Of a stretch of 64,000 nucleotides of DNA, positions 53,760-63,234 are shown piece by piece. Source of the stretch: a virus (taxonomy: Duplodnaviria; Heunggongvirae; Uroviricota; Caudoviricetes); the IMG/VR virus record IMGVR_UViG_3300050821_010409, positions 30,160-94,159 of that record. One strand, written 5' to 3'. The notes under the pieces were generated by a model. The model was not told where the DNA came from. It did no database searches and worked only from the letters and a program-made list of their open reading frames with translations. How positions within the stretch are numbered: the stretch's first letter is position 1; every line of letters starts with the position of its first letter. The translations under genes and the position numbers were made by a program.

Positions 53760-54806
53760 ATGACTGCCCAGCACAGCCGGGACTTCCTGGCTGACGTCAC
53801 GCAGCCTGGCCCGAACGGGATTACCTTCCACGCCATGCCCGTCACTTCCGCGGACGGGCTGGACGCCACCGCGACGGCGACGGCGCTCATGTACGACGGC
53901 ATCACGGCCTCCGCGGTCCCGCAGGGCACCTACGTGGCGGGATACTATAACGGCGCCTTCGCGAACCTGCCCGCGATGCGGGCGGGCCACCCGGGCGCCA
54001 CGGTCGTGTCCGTCACGCCGGATGGGGCCCGCGGCGCGCAGTTCATCGACGTGGAGCCCGGCGACACGGTGATCGCCGCCATCCCGGCGTTCCTGAAGGC
54101 CGGCGGCACCGGGTTCTACACGTCCGCCTCGCAGCTGGCCGCCGCCATCGCCGCCTGCGCCGCGGCCGGGATCGCCCGGTCGTCCTACAGCGCGTGGTCG
54201 GCGCACTGGACCGGGCAGCACATCTGCGCGCCGGCCTCGTGCGGCTACCCGCAGGCGGACGGGACGCAGTTCGCGTCCAACGCCTCCTATGACACGTCGC
54301 TGATCGCCGCCGCGACGTTCCTGCGCGCCACTGCCGTCACGTGGCCGCTGCGGGAGGGGTCCTCAGGCGGCCCTGTAGCGGCCCTGCAGGCCGACCTGGA
54401 CCGCTGGGGGCCTGCGATAGGGCTGAAGGCCCCACTGGCCGCAGACGGGCGCTACGGGCCGCTGACGGCCGCTGCCGTGGAGCAGGCCCAGGAGTACCTG
54501 CGGCTGCCCGTGACCGGGACCGTGAGCCAGGCGCTGTACGCGGAGCTGCAGGGCCCCGTCCCGGCGCCCGGGTGGGCGGGCATGTCCGCGACGCCGTACC
54601 TGCACGCGAGCTTCTCCTGGCCGCGGCAGGGCACGGCAGCGGGCTACGAGCTGGGGGTGCGCGGCGCGGCAGGCACCGTGACCACGCACCAGGTGGCCGG
54701 GACGCACGCGCCGGACGTGCTGCTGGGGCCGCCGGGAGCGTACTCGTGGCGGGTGGTGGTGCCCGCGGGCGGTGCCGCCTCGCCGTGGAAGGACGTGGCG
54801 GGCTGA
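53760..54806 (+). CDS. endolysin-like protein: N-terminal Rv2525c/GH-like domain plus peptidoglycan-binding (PG_binding_1) domain
   Basis: PVAALQADLDRWGPAIGLKAPLAADGRYGPLTAAAVEQAQEYLRLPVTGTVSQALYAEL is a classic PG-binding repeat. Confidence 0.6.
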   Translation: MTAQHSRDFLADVTQPGPNGITFHAMPVTSADGLDATATATALMYDGITASAVPQGTYVAGYYNGAFANLPAMRAGHPGATVVSVTPDGARGAQFIDVEPGDTVIAAIPAFLKAGGTGFYTSASQLAAAIAACAAAGIARSSYSAWSAHWTGQHICAPASCGYPQADGTQFASNASYDTSLIAAATFLRATAVTWPLREGSSGGPVAALQADLDRWGPAIGLKAPLAADGRYGPLTAAAVEQAQEYLRLPVTGTVSQALYAELQGPVPAPGWAGMSATPYLHASFSWPRQGTAAGYELGVRGAAGTVTTHQVAGTHAPDVLLGPPGAYSWRVVVPAGGAASPWKDVAG

Positions 54807-55036
54807 TGGCAGAACGGCTGAGTGACCGGGAGGTGGCGTTCGCCACCACGTCCGTGAGCCGGGTGCACGCGCCGGTCTGGGCGTGCGCTGAGTGCACGCT
54901 CAACGGGTCTGAGTACGGGCGCGACACGTGGCCCGCGGCAGCGCGGCATGCCCTGGAGGCACGCCACCAGGTGGTGGTCACGGAGGTGCGCGTCACCATG
55001 ATGGAAGCCCGGCAGGCTTCTGGAGGCGACGGCTGA
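54806..55036 (+). CDS. hypothetical small protein
   Basis: TGATG coupling. Confidence 0.35.
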   Translation: MAERLSDREVAFATTSVSRVHAPVWACAECTLNGSEYGRDTWPAAARHALEARHQVVVTEVRVTMMEARQASGGDG

Positions 55037-55037
55037 G

Positions 55038-55490
55038 GTGCAGCGGCTGGCGGACCCTCGTCCCGCAGGCGCCGGGCTGCTGGCGTTCACCATGGACGCC
55101 GCCGGCGTGGCGTACCTGGTGCAGCAGCGCGGCCCGGCAGCGCGCAGCCACCAGGGCCTGTGGGAGCTGACGGCGGGCGGCGTGCTGGAGCCGGGCGAGG
55201 ACGCGCTTGACGGCGCGCTGCGCAAGCACTGGCTGGAGATGGGCGAGCCGCCGGAGCTGCTGGTGACCGCGAGCGTGACCTGGCTGCGGGCGCGGGGCAG
55301 CGGGAGCCCGTCCCGGCGGCACACGGCGTTCCTGGCCCGCGCGGCGCGGCGCTACCAGCCGCAGCCGCCCGATCCGGGCGTGGTCAGCAACTGGCAGTGG
55401 GCGAGCCTGGAGGAGGCCATGCGGCTGCCGCTGCACCCGTCGTTCGCCGTGGAGCTGGCGGAGCTGTCCGCGGCAGCGGAGCGGTCATGA
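55038..55490 (+). CDS. NUDIX hydrolase
   Basis: GLWELTAGGVLEPGEDALDGALRKHWLEMG fits the Nudix box (G.5E.7REU.EE.G). Confidence 0.6.
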   Translation: MQRLADPRPAGAGLLAFTMDAAGVAYLVQQRGPAARSHQGLWELTAGGVLEPGEDALDGALRKHWLEMGEPPELLVTASVTWLRARGSGSPSRRHTAFLARAARRYQPQPPDPGVVSNWQWASLEEAMRLPLHPSFAVELAELSAAAERS

Positions 55491-55623
55491 CCTCCCTGGT
55501 GATCAGCTGCCTGGCGCTGCTGGGCGGCATCCGGCTCGGGTACCTGCTGGGCCTGCGCAGCGCGGCCTGGCGACTGGGCGCGATGGAGGGCCGTAAGCTT
55601 GCGCGGTCACTGCGGAAGCGCAC

Positions 55624-55989
55624 GTGACCAGCGCCCATCCAAGGGGCGGCCGGTGGGACAAGTTCCGCAGGCTCGTCTTCGCGACGCACGGGACCGTGTG
55701 CATCTTGTGCCTTCACGGTGGCGCGCGGACGGTAGACCACCTGGTCTCCGTGACCGAGCGGCCTGACCTCACCTGGGCGCTGGGCAACTGCCGCCCGATC
55801 CACTCGGCGCCGTACAATCGCTGCCCGGTGTGCGTGGCGATGGGGCTGTCCGGGAACTGCAACGGGATCAAGGGCGGCTATTCCCTGGAGCGGGCCCGGC
55901 GGAAATTTGAGGGGCTCATGGCCGCTCGCAAGCCTGCCGCGCAGGTGCCGGAAAAGGCGCCGGACGCCATTTCAGGGCGGCCGTGGTGA
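55624..55989 (+). CDS. HNH endonuclease
   Basis: CILCLHGG..VDHLVSV..GNCRPIH..YNRCPVC. Confidence 0.6.
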   Translation: MTSAHPRGGRWDKFRRLVFATHGTVCILCLHGGARTVDHLVSVTERPDLTWALGNCRPIHSAPYNRCPVCVAMGLSGNCNGIKGGYSLERARRKFEGLMAARKPAAQVPEKAPDAISGRPW

Positions 55990-56024
55990 CGCGTTCGGAA
56001 AGCTGGCGGAAGGCAAATAAAAAA

Positions 56025-56054
56025 GGCCCCGTCCCGGTTTCCCGGGGCGGGGCC
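56025..56054. terminator. bidirectional rho-independent terminator (GGCCCCGUCCCGG-UUUC-CCGGGGCGGGGCC) flanked by an A-tract and a T-tract
   Basis: Seen in the sequence between the end of the plus-strand genes (55989) and the minus-strand operon (56065). Confidence 0.65.
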
Positions 56055-56064
56055 TTTAACGGTG

Positions 56065-56340
56065 CTAACGGCTGGCGGGCAGTTTCCTGACGGGCTCGAC
56101 CAGGATCGTGAAGGCCGTTATCCAGGACTGCGGCGGGTGCGCGTTCGGCTCGGCCATGATGAGCGTGATCCACTCATTGAACAGTGCGGTGATGCGCTCT
56201 CGCTCGGCGGCTGCGGCGCTGTCATGCCCTGCATTCCAGGCGCCCTTGACGGCAGTGAGCGCGCTCTGGTCCCAGGCATGCCAGGAATGGCCGTGCTCGG
56301 CCTGCAGCCATTCCCGGAACTGCTCGCCGGGCGCGCTCAC
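56065..56340 (-). CDS. hypothetical protein
   Basis: Last gene of the leftward operon; native-looking. Confidence 0.5.
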   Translation of the reverse strand: MSAPGEQFREWLQAEHGHSWHAWDQSALTAVKGAWNAGHDSAAAAERERITALFNEWITLIMAEPNAHPPQSWITAFTILVEPVRKLPASR

Positions 56341-56756
56341 TGCCTTTTTCCGTACCTGGCACGGGCCTGCAGGACGTCCCTCTGGTCCCAGCTTTCCATG
56401 CCGGCAAGGTCGTCCGCAGGGGGCAGGCCGCGCTTTGCCCGGGTGACTTCCAGGTCCCGCCGGTCCCAGGACTCCATGCGCCGCAGCACCGCCTGGCTGG
56501 CAGGCGCAGCGATGGCCCTGGCGGGTGGCGCAGCCGGAGGCGTGGCAGTTGCGCCCGCGATCTGGGCGACTTGCTCATCCGTGCCCGTGATCTGGGTGAC
56601 TTGCTCATCCGTCAGCCGCCCTTCCTCGCCGAGCAGGCTGACCGCCTGCAGCCAGCGCTCCCGGTAATCGACGCGCGCGGGCCGGCGCCGCAGTCCCGCC
56701 GTTACCAGGAGGAGGCCCGCGCCCAGGCCGGCGAGGGCCAGGGCGATCACGATCAT
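56337..56756 (-). CDS. membrane-anchored protein with internal tandem repeats
   Basis: RBS GAAAGGA; N-terminal TM; 27-bp DNA tandem repeat at ~56556-56610 encoding TDEQV(T/A)QI(T/A)G twice. Confidence 0.5.
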   Translation of the reverse strand: MIVIALALAGLGAGLLLVTAGLRRRPARVDYRERWLQAVSLLGEEGRLTDEQVTQITGTDEQVAQIAGATATPPAAPPARAIAAPASQAVLRRMESWDRRDLEVTRAKRGLPPADDLAGMESWDQRDVLQARARYGKRQ

Positions 56757-56926
56757 GGCTGCGTCCTTTCTTCCGTGGCTTCTTGCAGGATCTCGTCCTT
56801 CGCGCGCTGCCGCTCGCGCCGGGCGGAGCGCCGCTTGGCCTTCTTGCGCTGGCGCGCGGCGTCGTCGGGCCACCAGGTCCGGTACAGGCCTCCCCACACG
56901 CGGGCGGCCAGCGGCTGGCGGCGCGT
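56753..56926 (-). CDS. small basic protein (58 aa)
   Basis: ATGA coupling at both ends; read manually. Confidence 0.35.
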   Translation of the reverse strand, partial: TRRQPLAARVWGGLYRTWWPDDAARQRKKAKRRSARRERQRAKDEILQEATEERTQP

Positions 56927-57252
56927 CATGCTGCCCGGTCCGGCTGGACTGGTGGCCGCGCGATGGACACGTCCACCCAGAATCCGGCGTCCCGGGCGGC
57001 GTTCACCTCCGCGTCCAGCTTGGCGGTGATGGCGGAGATGCTGGTGCCCGTCAGGTCCGCGAGCTCGGCCAGCGCCTCGTATACCCGCTGCGTGTAGGCC
57101 AGCACGACGGCCTGGTGGCCATTGGTGACCGGCGTGTAGTCGGCCAGCCGCTGGCGCACGATGTCGGCCAGCTCGCCGGCGACGAGCCGTGCCAGCTCGA
57201 TGGTGATCTCGATGCCGTCAGCGCGCGGGCTGGCGTCTTCGGTGCCTGTCAT
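56926..57252 (-). CDS. hypothetical acidic helical protein
   Basis: Native-looking. Confidence 0.5.
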   Translation of the reverse strand: MTGTEDASPRADGIEITIELARLVAGELADIVRQRLADYTPVTNGHQAVVLAYTQRVYEALAELADLTGTSISAITAKLDAEVNAARDAGFWVDVSIARPPVQPDRAA

Positions 57253-57731
57253 GGTGCAGTGCCCTTCTCAGGCGCGGGAGGCTGGATGACGTGGTCGCGG
57301 GTGAAGGAGGCGGCCCAGGCGTTGCACTCGTCTACTTGCTCCTGGGTGAGCGTGGCGGTTTCAGCGTCGTCCCTGGCCAGGGCCAGGGCAAGGTCCAGGA
57401 CCTTTTCGGGGTCCGGCCCGGCGTCCGCTTCGATGGCGGCGAGGGCGGCCTTCACGCTCAGGCTGCTGTCACTGGTGAGCGTGACGGGAGCGGCCTGGTA
57501 GTGCAGGGCCACGCTGCTGGCGGGGTTGCAGGCTGGCGTGCGGACCACGCGGGCCAGTTCGCTGGCATCACAGGCCTTCACCTGCGCAGCCAGCTCACTG
57601 GCGTCCCGGGCCAGCTCCAGCATGTGCTCGCCGCGACGGCCGCGCTCCAGGGCCAGCATCGTGGAGTAGGCGTCCAGGGCATCGGCGATGAGCATCGCCA
57701 GCGTGTCGTCGTAGACGGGGCCCAGGGTCAT
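57249..57731 (-). CDS. hypothetical protein
   Basis: RBS GGAGGAA before the ATG at 57731. Confidence 0.5.
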   Translation of the reverse strand: MTLGPVYDDTLAMLIADALDAYSTMLALERGRRGEHMLELARDASELAAQVKACDASELARVVRTPACNPASSVALHYQAAPVTLTSDSSLSVKAALAAIEADAGPDPEKVLDLALALARDDAETATLTQEQVDECNAWAASFTRDHVIQPPAPEKGTAP

Positions 57732-57897
57732 GATTCCTCCTCGCTGCCGGGCTGGCAGCCGCAGATGGGCACCGGGCTGCCATCGGCAGCGGTGAAGGGC
57801 GCCTCGCTGAGGTAGCGGACGCCGCCGAAGGCCGGGCACTCATGCTGGACGAGCGCGATGCCGTCCCGGGTCCCGGCTGGGGTGAACGTGGTCACTG
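57731..57897 (-). CDS. small Cys-containing protein (55 aa), GTG start
   Basis: Strong RBS GAGGAGGAGG 5 nt before the GTG; read manually. Confidence 0.45.
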
Positions 57898-58236
57898 CGC
57901 CTCCTCCTCAGCCAGCCGCGGCTTGACGTAACCGATTTCCCGGTCGGCATTCCGGTTCCAGGCGCTGAGCAGGGCCGGGGAGTCGCTGAGCAGCATGGTG
58001 GCCAGCAGGTGCCCGAGCCGGGCCCGGAACAGGCTGGCCAGCCCCTCGGTGTCCACGATGAGGTTCCGGTATGGGCCTTCGGTCACGTAGTGCGCCATGT
58101 GCTCATCGGCGGCCAGCTCGCCGGGGGAGCTGTACAGGATGCGCTCGTCCAGGACCTCCAGGTACACCCGGGAATTGCCCTTGTAGTCGTCTGCCTGGAC
58201 GACCCGGACCTGGTCCAGGTCAATCATCCGGTGCAT
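57892..58236 (-). CDS. hypothetical protein
   Basis: Native-looking. Confidence 0.5.
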   Translation of the reverse strand: MHRMIDLDQVRVVQADDYKGNSRVYLEVLDERILYSSPGELAADEHMAHYVTEGPYRNLIVDTEGLASLFRARLGHLLATMLLSDSPALLSAWNRNADREIGYVKPRLAEEEAQ

Positions 58237-58562
58237 GAGCTGGTTCCTTTCGTTATCGCACGGAGGATGCGGAGGCCTTCGGGGGTGATGTCGTCGTCCG
58301 CTTTCAGCTTCTTCAGTTCGTCAAGGAATTCATCCCTGACGAACTGGCTGGCGCTCCAGCACAAGAGCACCCAGCGGGCTTCCTCGTCGTTGACGAGAGT
58401 GTTCTCTCCGACAAGGTGCATTCCCATTCCCTGGAAGGACGGCGGCTTCGTCAGCGTGACGGGCCGTTCGCGGATGAGGGTGTCACTCAGGTAGAGAACG
58501 GGCCAGGGCTCGTCATGGTGCTGGATGAACACTGCTGCCTGGCCCATGGTGGCTACGTACAC
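58224..58562 (-). CDS. hypothetical protein
   Basis: Native-looking. Confidence 0.5.
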   Translation of the reverse strand: MYVATMGQAAVFIQHHDEPWPVLYLSDTLIRERPVTLTKPPSFQGMGMHLVGENTLVNDEEARWVLLCWSASQFVRDEFLDELKKLKADDDITPEGLRILRAITKGTSSCTG

Positions 58563-58591
58563 GTTTTTCCCTTCTTGTTCCTGGCTTTCCT

Positions 58592-58852
58592 TTACCGGAG
58601 GAAGCCCTCCATGATCTCCACGAGGCTGGAGAGCGCCTCGTGCTCGGCGTCGTTGCTGTCGCCGTCCAGTGCCGCGCGGGCGCTTTCCAGCTCTGCGGAC
58701 AGGTGCAGCGTGTCCACCACGGCGTACCCGCTTTCTGACAGCGCGCTCATCACCGGGCCGGCGAGCGCCCGGCTATTCCCGGCAGGCGCTATCGCCAGGG
58801 GCGCGAGCGCGTGCGTGATGACGTCCTCGGGTGTCCTTCCGCTCATGCTCAT
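58592..58852 (-). CDS. hypothetical acidic protein
   Basis: RBS AAAGGAAG. Confidence 0.5.
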   Translation of the reverse strand: MSMSGRTPEDVITHALAPLAIAPAGNSRALAGPVMSALSESGYAVVDTLHLSAELESARAALDGDSNDAEHEALSSLVEIMEGFLR

Positions 58853-58873
58853 GATTACTTTCTTCCTTTCGTT

Positions 58874-59158
58874 TCATCCGGTGAGTGACGGCAGGTCATT
58901 GCCGAGCGCGGCGACGATGGCGAGCACTTCCGGGCAGGGCCATGTGTTCTTCCCGCCGCCCCGGTGCCAGCATGAGCACAGGTAGCCGCCGCCCCAGTCG
59001 TGGTAGCGCTCGGGCTTGTGCTGGTCCAGGGCGGCTTCCACGGCGGTGGCCAGCACGCTGGCGGGCAGCTCGCGCAGCAGCTCGTCGTAGTACTTGACGT
59101 CGGTCATGCCCGGTGGCCCCTCACGGTTACTGGCCGTTCGCTTCCGCAGTGCGGTCAT
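58874..59158 (-). CDS. hypothetical Cys/His protein
   Basis: RBS GAAAGGAG before the ATG at 59158. Confidence 0.45.
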   Translation of the reverse strand: MTALRKRTASNREGPPGMTDVKYYDELLRELPASVLATAVEAALDQHKPERYHDWGGGYLCSCWHRGGGKNTWPCPEVLAIVAALGNDLPSLTG

Positions 59159-59364
59159 GGCCGGCTCCTTTCGTTTCCTCGGTAACGGCAGCCTCCTCGC
59201 GGAGCTGCCTCTCGCGTTCCCAGGCCAGGGCGGCTTCCACTTGCTCCCTGGTAACTTGCGGGCCATTGCGGGAAGCGGGCGGTGGCAGCAGCCTGGCGGG
59301 CGGGGCAGTGAAGCGCTCGCGGGATGTCCTGGCCTTCAGGGTTACCTTCTTGTTCGCGGTCATG
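59127..59364 (-). CDS. hypothetical protein
   Basis: RBS GAAGGAGG; overlaps the next gene by 32 nt. Confidence 0.45.
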
Positions 59365-59557
59365 GTGGTGAGCCTCCTTCTTCCTGCTGAGCCTGCCGCA
59401 GCAGCTCCAGCCGGCCGTTGACCAGGCCGTTGGCCAGCGCCCGCTGCCGGGCCTTGATGGCTGCCCGTTCCGCCTCCAGCTCGCTGATCAGGGCGTTGAC
59501 CACGTTCAGCCGCGTCCACAGCCCGGCGTAATCCTCGATCCTGGCTTCCTCGTTCAC
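59360..59557 (-). CDS. small coiled-coil protein (MNEEA.. paralog 1)
   Basis: ATGA coupling. Confidence 0.45.
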   Translation of the reverse strand: MNEEARIEDYAGLWTRLNVVNALISELEAERAAIKARQRALANGLVNGRLELLRQAQQEEGGSPP

Positions 59558-59787
59558 GGGGCCCTCCCGTCCAGGGACGCGATGACCTCGCGCGCCCAGG
59601 CCGTGAGCGCCTCGCGCGTGGCGTAGATGCTGGCGTGCCGCTTGCCGCGCGGTCCCTTGATGGAGACCAGCACGCAGTCGTCATCATCGGGCATGTCCGG
59701 CTCGGCGGTCAGTGACCACGGGTAGCGGGTACCTCTCTCCGTGAGCGTGATCGCGGGCAGTCCCCCGGGCGCGGCTTCCTCGTTCAT
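59554..59787 (-). CDS. small protein (MNEEA.. paralog 2)
   Basis: ATGA coupling. Confidence 0.45.
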   Translation of the reverse strand: MNEEAAPGGLPAITLTERGTRYPWSLTAEPDMPDDDDCVLVSIKGPRGKRHASIYATREALTAWAREVIASLDGRAP

Positions 59788-60076
59788 GGCGTTCCCTTCC
59801 CTTTTCCTGGTGGCGATGATGATGCACCGCCTGCGGCGGCCTTCCGGGCGGCTATCACGCGCCCGGTCAGGTCAAAGCGCCGTTGCGCGGCGGTGAGCAG
59901 CTGCTGCCGGTGCGGCTCGCTGACGCCAGGCCGGGCGGCGCGGGCGCGCAGGTTAGCCTCGCAGGCCTTCAGGCACTGCTGGATGATGCTCCACTCGGCC
60001 TTGGTGAAGGCGCTGCCGGGCGCGGGCTCGTCCAGGGCCTGCTCCCACAGGGCTTCTGGCTCGGCGTGGCTCACCG
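59784..60076 (-). CDS. hypothetical protein
   Basis: RBS GGAAGAAGGA before the GTG at 60076. Confidence 0.4.
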
Positions 60077-60304
60077 GTCCTTCTTCCAGGCCGCGATGGC
60101 CGTGCACAGGGCCGGCAGCGACGGCTGGACCAGGACGGGCTCGCCGGGGAAGCAGGCATGCCAGTGCGCGCCCGCCCCGTGCCCGTCCTGGCACGCGCCA
60201 GGCCGCACTCGCTCGGCCTTCCAGCCGCCGATGAGCCACTGGCCCGGCCGCTCGCAGTGCACGTCCAGCCCTGGCGGCAGGTCAGGCCGCCTGGAGTTAC
60301 TCAC
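60071..60304 (-). CDS. hypothetical Cys/His-rich protein
   Basis: RBS CAGGAGAA before the GTG. Confidence 0.4.
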   Translation of the reverse strand: MSNSRRPDLPPGLDVHCERPGQWLIGGWKAERVRPGACQDGHGAGAHWHACFPGEPVLVQPSLPALCTAIAAWKKDR

Positions 60305-60563
60305 CGGCGTTCTCCTGCCCTGCGGCTGGGCCGTCCCCCCGCAGGCCCGGATTCCCCGGGACGGGGCGCGCGCCGGCGTGCCGGGCGTGCTCGAATGGCG
60401 TGGGGATGACCGGGCCGCCATCCAGCCGGTGCCGCCCCGCTTCAGCCAGCAGGGCTTCCCGGGCAGCCCGTGGCAGGCCGGCGGCCGCGCGCAGCACCGA
60501 TTCCCGGTAGCACAGCCAGCAGAACCGCGGCTGCCTCGTCACCTCATTCGCGAGCCTGCTCAT
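60297..60563 (-). CDS. hypothetical Cys-containing protein
   Basis: RBS AAGGAGAAGGG before the ATG. Confidence 0.45.
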   Translation of the reverse strand: MSRLANEVTRQPRFCWLCYRESVLRAAAGLPRAAREALLAEAGRHRLDGGPVIPTPFEHARHAGARPVPGNPGLRGDGPAAGQENAGE

Positions 60564-60657
60564 GGCAGGGTCCCTTCTCCTTGGGCGTTTCTTCCTTTCC
60601 AGGCTGGTCGCCTGCGGCCACGGGCGGGGCACGGGCCCCGTCCGCGACCGCCAGTGG

Positions 60658-60863
60658 TCAGCGCGGCGCGCGCGGTGGCGGTGGTGCTGTTTCGGTGAGC
60701 TGGTCCAGCGGCACGAAGGACGCTAGCTTGTCCAGTGACCGGGTATCGGCGCGCCAGGCCCAGCCATCGGGCGTGCGCGCATCGACCCGGAACCGGGCCG
60801 TCCCGTCCACCGACACCACCCGGACGCGCCACTGGCCGTCACTCGACGTCCACCAGGCTGCCA
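60658..60863 (-). CDS. hypothetical protein
   Basis: RBS GAAAGGACGGG. Confidence 0.4.
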
Positions 60864-61114
60864 TGGGAGCGCCCGTCCTTTCTTTCCGGCTGAGCTGCCG
60901 CGGACAGCCGGTCAGCGTCGGCTTGCAGGTCAGTGACCCATTCCCGCAGGGCGGCATGCCAGCGGCGGTGCTGCCCGGTTCCCGCTTCGGGGACCATGGC
61001 CCCGCATTGCGTGCAGGCGTAGACGGCCAGCGTGATGCGGCCGCCCTGGCTCGTGGTGTACAGCAGGACCAGCAGGTCATCCGGAACCGGGGCCGGAACG
61101 GTCCGGTTATTCAC
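60839..61114 (-). CDS. hypothetical zinc-binding-like protein
   Basis: CTQCG..H..H. Confidence 0.45.
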   Translation of the reverse strand: MNNRTVPAPVPDDLLVLLYTTSQGGRITLAVYACTQCGAMVPEAGTGQHRRWHAALREWVTDLQADADRLSAAAQPERKDGRSHGSLVDVE

Positions 61115-61120
61115 GGCACG

Positions 61121-61352
61121 TCACCTTTGCCTTTTCTTTTCCTGCACGACCACGCTGGCGTGGAATTCACCGGTGATGACGAGGGCGCCATACGACATGG
61201 CGATCTCCACGTGGTCATGGCCGTAGAATTCACGGCCCTGGCGCAGCGCGTCCTGTTCCAGTTCATCCCGGGTCGTGCCGCGGGCCAGGACGGTGAGGGC
61301 AATGCCCGGCTTCCTCTCGTGCCGGGAGAACGGCCGCAGGCTCAGCCGCATG
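61121..61352 (-). CDS. hypothetical protein
   Basis: RBS AGGAAGGGAAAAGG. Confidence 0.4.
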
Positions 61353-61512
61353 AGCCTTTTCCCTTCCTGATGCCGTCGGCGGTGGCGGTCAGGAACTGAG
61401 CGACGATCTTCAGCAGGAAGGCCGGCTTGGTGCTGCGCCGTTGCAGGACTTCTGCCGCCTGCCGGAGGGCGAGGGCATCGGCAGCGTCCTGCGCGTTCTT
61501 CTCGGTGATCAT
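61342..61512 (-). CDS. small hypothetical protein
   Basis: RBS GGAGAAAGG. Confidence 0.4.
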   Translation of the reverse strand: MITEKNAQDAADALALRQAAEVLQRRSTKPAFLLKIVAQFLTATADGIRKGKGSCG

Positions 61513-62012
61513 GAGGGATTGCCTTTCTCCTTCTTTTTGGTGAGCAGGCTCTGGTGAAGCCCGGCGGGGCTGTAGCCTTCCAGCCCGTTGCCCAGCGGGG
61601 ACAGGTTCCCGATGGCGGCCAGGATGTCGTACAGCGGCCCGTTGAAGCCGGCCCCGGCGGGGCGCACGGGTGCGCACCTTCCTTCGCAGGCCCACGGCGC
61701 GGGTGCGGGCGGTCCTGTCCACCACGCTTTCTTCCCGCATTCCAGGCACTGCACAGGGCAGTCAGGATCGCGTTCCCAGGCGGGGACTCCCGGTAGCAGT
61801 GACGCGACCTGGCGCCCTGGCGTGACGGTGCCCGCAGGGCCGCCATCGCGCAGGTACTCGGTGAACAGGTAACGGCTGCCGAGTTTCTCCCGGATGCCGG
61901 TGAAGCCGCCGTTACCGTCATAAACGGCAAGGTCCAGGTTGCGGGACCTGACCTCGTAAATGCCGCCTTCCACCAGCTCGCTCATGCCGGTCATTGCCGC
62001 TGGCTTTCTCAC
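61509..62012 (-). CDS. hypothetical protein (167 aa)
   Basis: Native-looking; CxxC motifs. Confidence 0.5.
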   Translation of the reverse strand: MRKPAAMTGMSELVEGGIYEVRSRNLDLAVYDGNGGFTGIREKLGSRYLFTEYLRDGGPAGTVTPGRQVASLLPGVPAWERDPDCPVQCLECGKKAWWTGPPAPAPWACEGRCAPVRPAGAGFNGPLYDILAAIGNLSPLGNGLEGYSPAGLHQSLLTKKKEKGNPS

Positions 62013-62756
62013 GATCGGCCTTTCTTGTCCTCGTTATCTCCCAGGTACTGGATGCCCGCGTAAATCACGGTGCCGTGAGCGTCATTGAAGGACCGCTCCC
62101 CGGTGTGGCAGGTGAACTCGTAGGTGCCGGGCGGGACCTCCACGAGGGTTTCCGTGAAGCCGAGGTCGTCAGGGTTGCCGCCCTTGGCCTTCCAGTCCTC
62201 GTAGTCGGCGATGGAGTACGCCCACAAGTCGGTGATGATGCCGGCCAGCAGTTCCCAGCCTGCGGGCACGACTTCCTGGCCAGCGTCCTCGTCATAGTCC
62301 GGGCTGGCGATCACGTACGCGCCGTCCCTGGTGCGGTACAGCCGGGGGCAGGTGTTGCCGACCGGGCCGTAGGCGCAGCCTTGCGCTGCCATGGCCGCGA
62401 TGGCCTGGTGCTGGCCGAGCACGCTGTTGTAGGAGGCCATGCCGGGGGGATCATGACGGCCCTTGTCACGCCAGTCGTATAGGGGCCGCAGGTCATCGGT
62501 GACCAGGATTGTCCCGGATGGCACTGCCAGCGTGATCGTGGTGGTGATGCCATCGGGGTACGGGCACGGAGTCGCTGCCGTGACGGTATCGCCAGTGACC
62601 TGGAGCTTCAGGTCCTGGCCGCACGTGCGGCACGGGAAGGCCAGCTCCGGGATGAACAGCCGCCCGAAGGCGTCCGTGGCGACGGTGGCCATCGTGGCGT
62701 CCGGAAGGGCGGTGTCGTGCCCGTTGGCCGTGAAGGACAGCTCGCGGGCAGTCATG
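62009..62756 (-). CDS. hypothetical protein (249 aa)
   Basis: RBS GGAGG before the ATG at 62756. Confidence 0.5.
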
Positions 62757-63057
62757 CTGCGGCCTCCGCGTCCATGACGGACCTGGCCTGCGGGCACAGG
62801 CTGGCAGGCACCCAGCGTCCGGTGCGGTGGTCCGAGCAGGCCAGGCACACCTCGCCCGGCACGCTGCCGCGCAGGCCCGTGCGGTCGCGCTCGAAGTCGA
62901 TGACCTCCGGGAGGTGGCGCGGGCCGTCCAGGCAGGCCAGTGTCTCGATGACCGTGATGGCCTCAGCGAGCCGCTGGGGGTCATGCCCGGCCCAGGCCAG
63001 CGCCAGCCCGGCGATCTTCATGGCCAGCTGGCTCGTTTCGTGCTCTGTAAGGGCCAC
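62752..63057 (-). CDS. hypothetical protein, first clear gene of the leftward operon
   Basis: RBS GAAAGGAAGG before the GTG; promoter motif GTTATACTGCAT lies upstream on the minus strand. Confidence 0.5.
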   Translation of the reverse strand: MALTEHETSQLAMKIAGLALAWAGHDPQRLAEAITVIETLACLDGPRHLPEVIDFERDRTGLRGSVPGEVCLACSDHRTGRWVPASLCPQARSVMDAEAAA

Positions 63058-63080
63058 GAGGGCCTTCCTTTCTTAGTCTC

Positions 63081-63099
63081 ATGCAGTATAACTGACGCG
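63081..63099 (-). promoter_or_regulatory. promoter motif GTTATACTGCAT (minus strand) heading the leftward operon
   Basis: AT-rich island; -10-like TATACT. Confidence 0.4.
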
Positions 63100-63234
63100 C
63101 ATTCCGGAACTGGAACGTGGCCTCCTCGTACCCGGACTGCCGGATGGCCTCCAGGATGCCCCGCCAGATTTCCTCCCGGCGGCGCGGGGACTTGACGTGC
63201 GCGGCGCGCAGGGCGGCCAGCCCTTCCTCGACGG

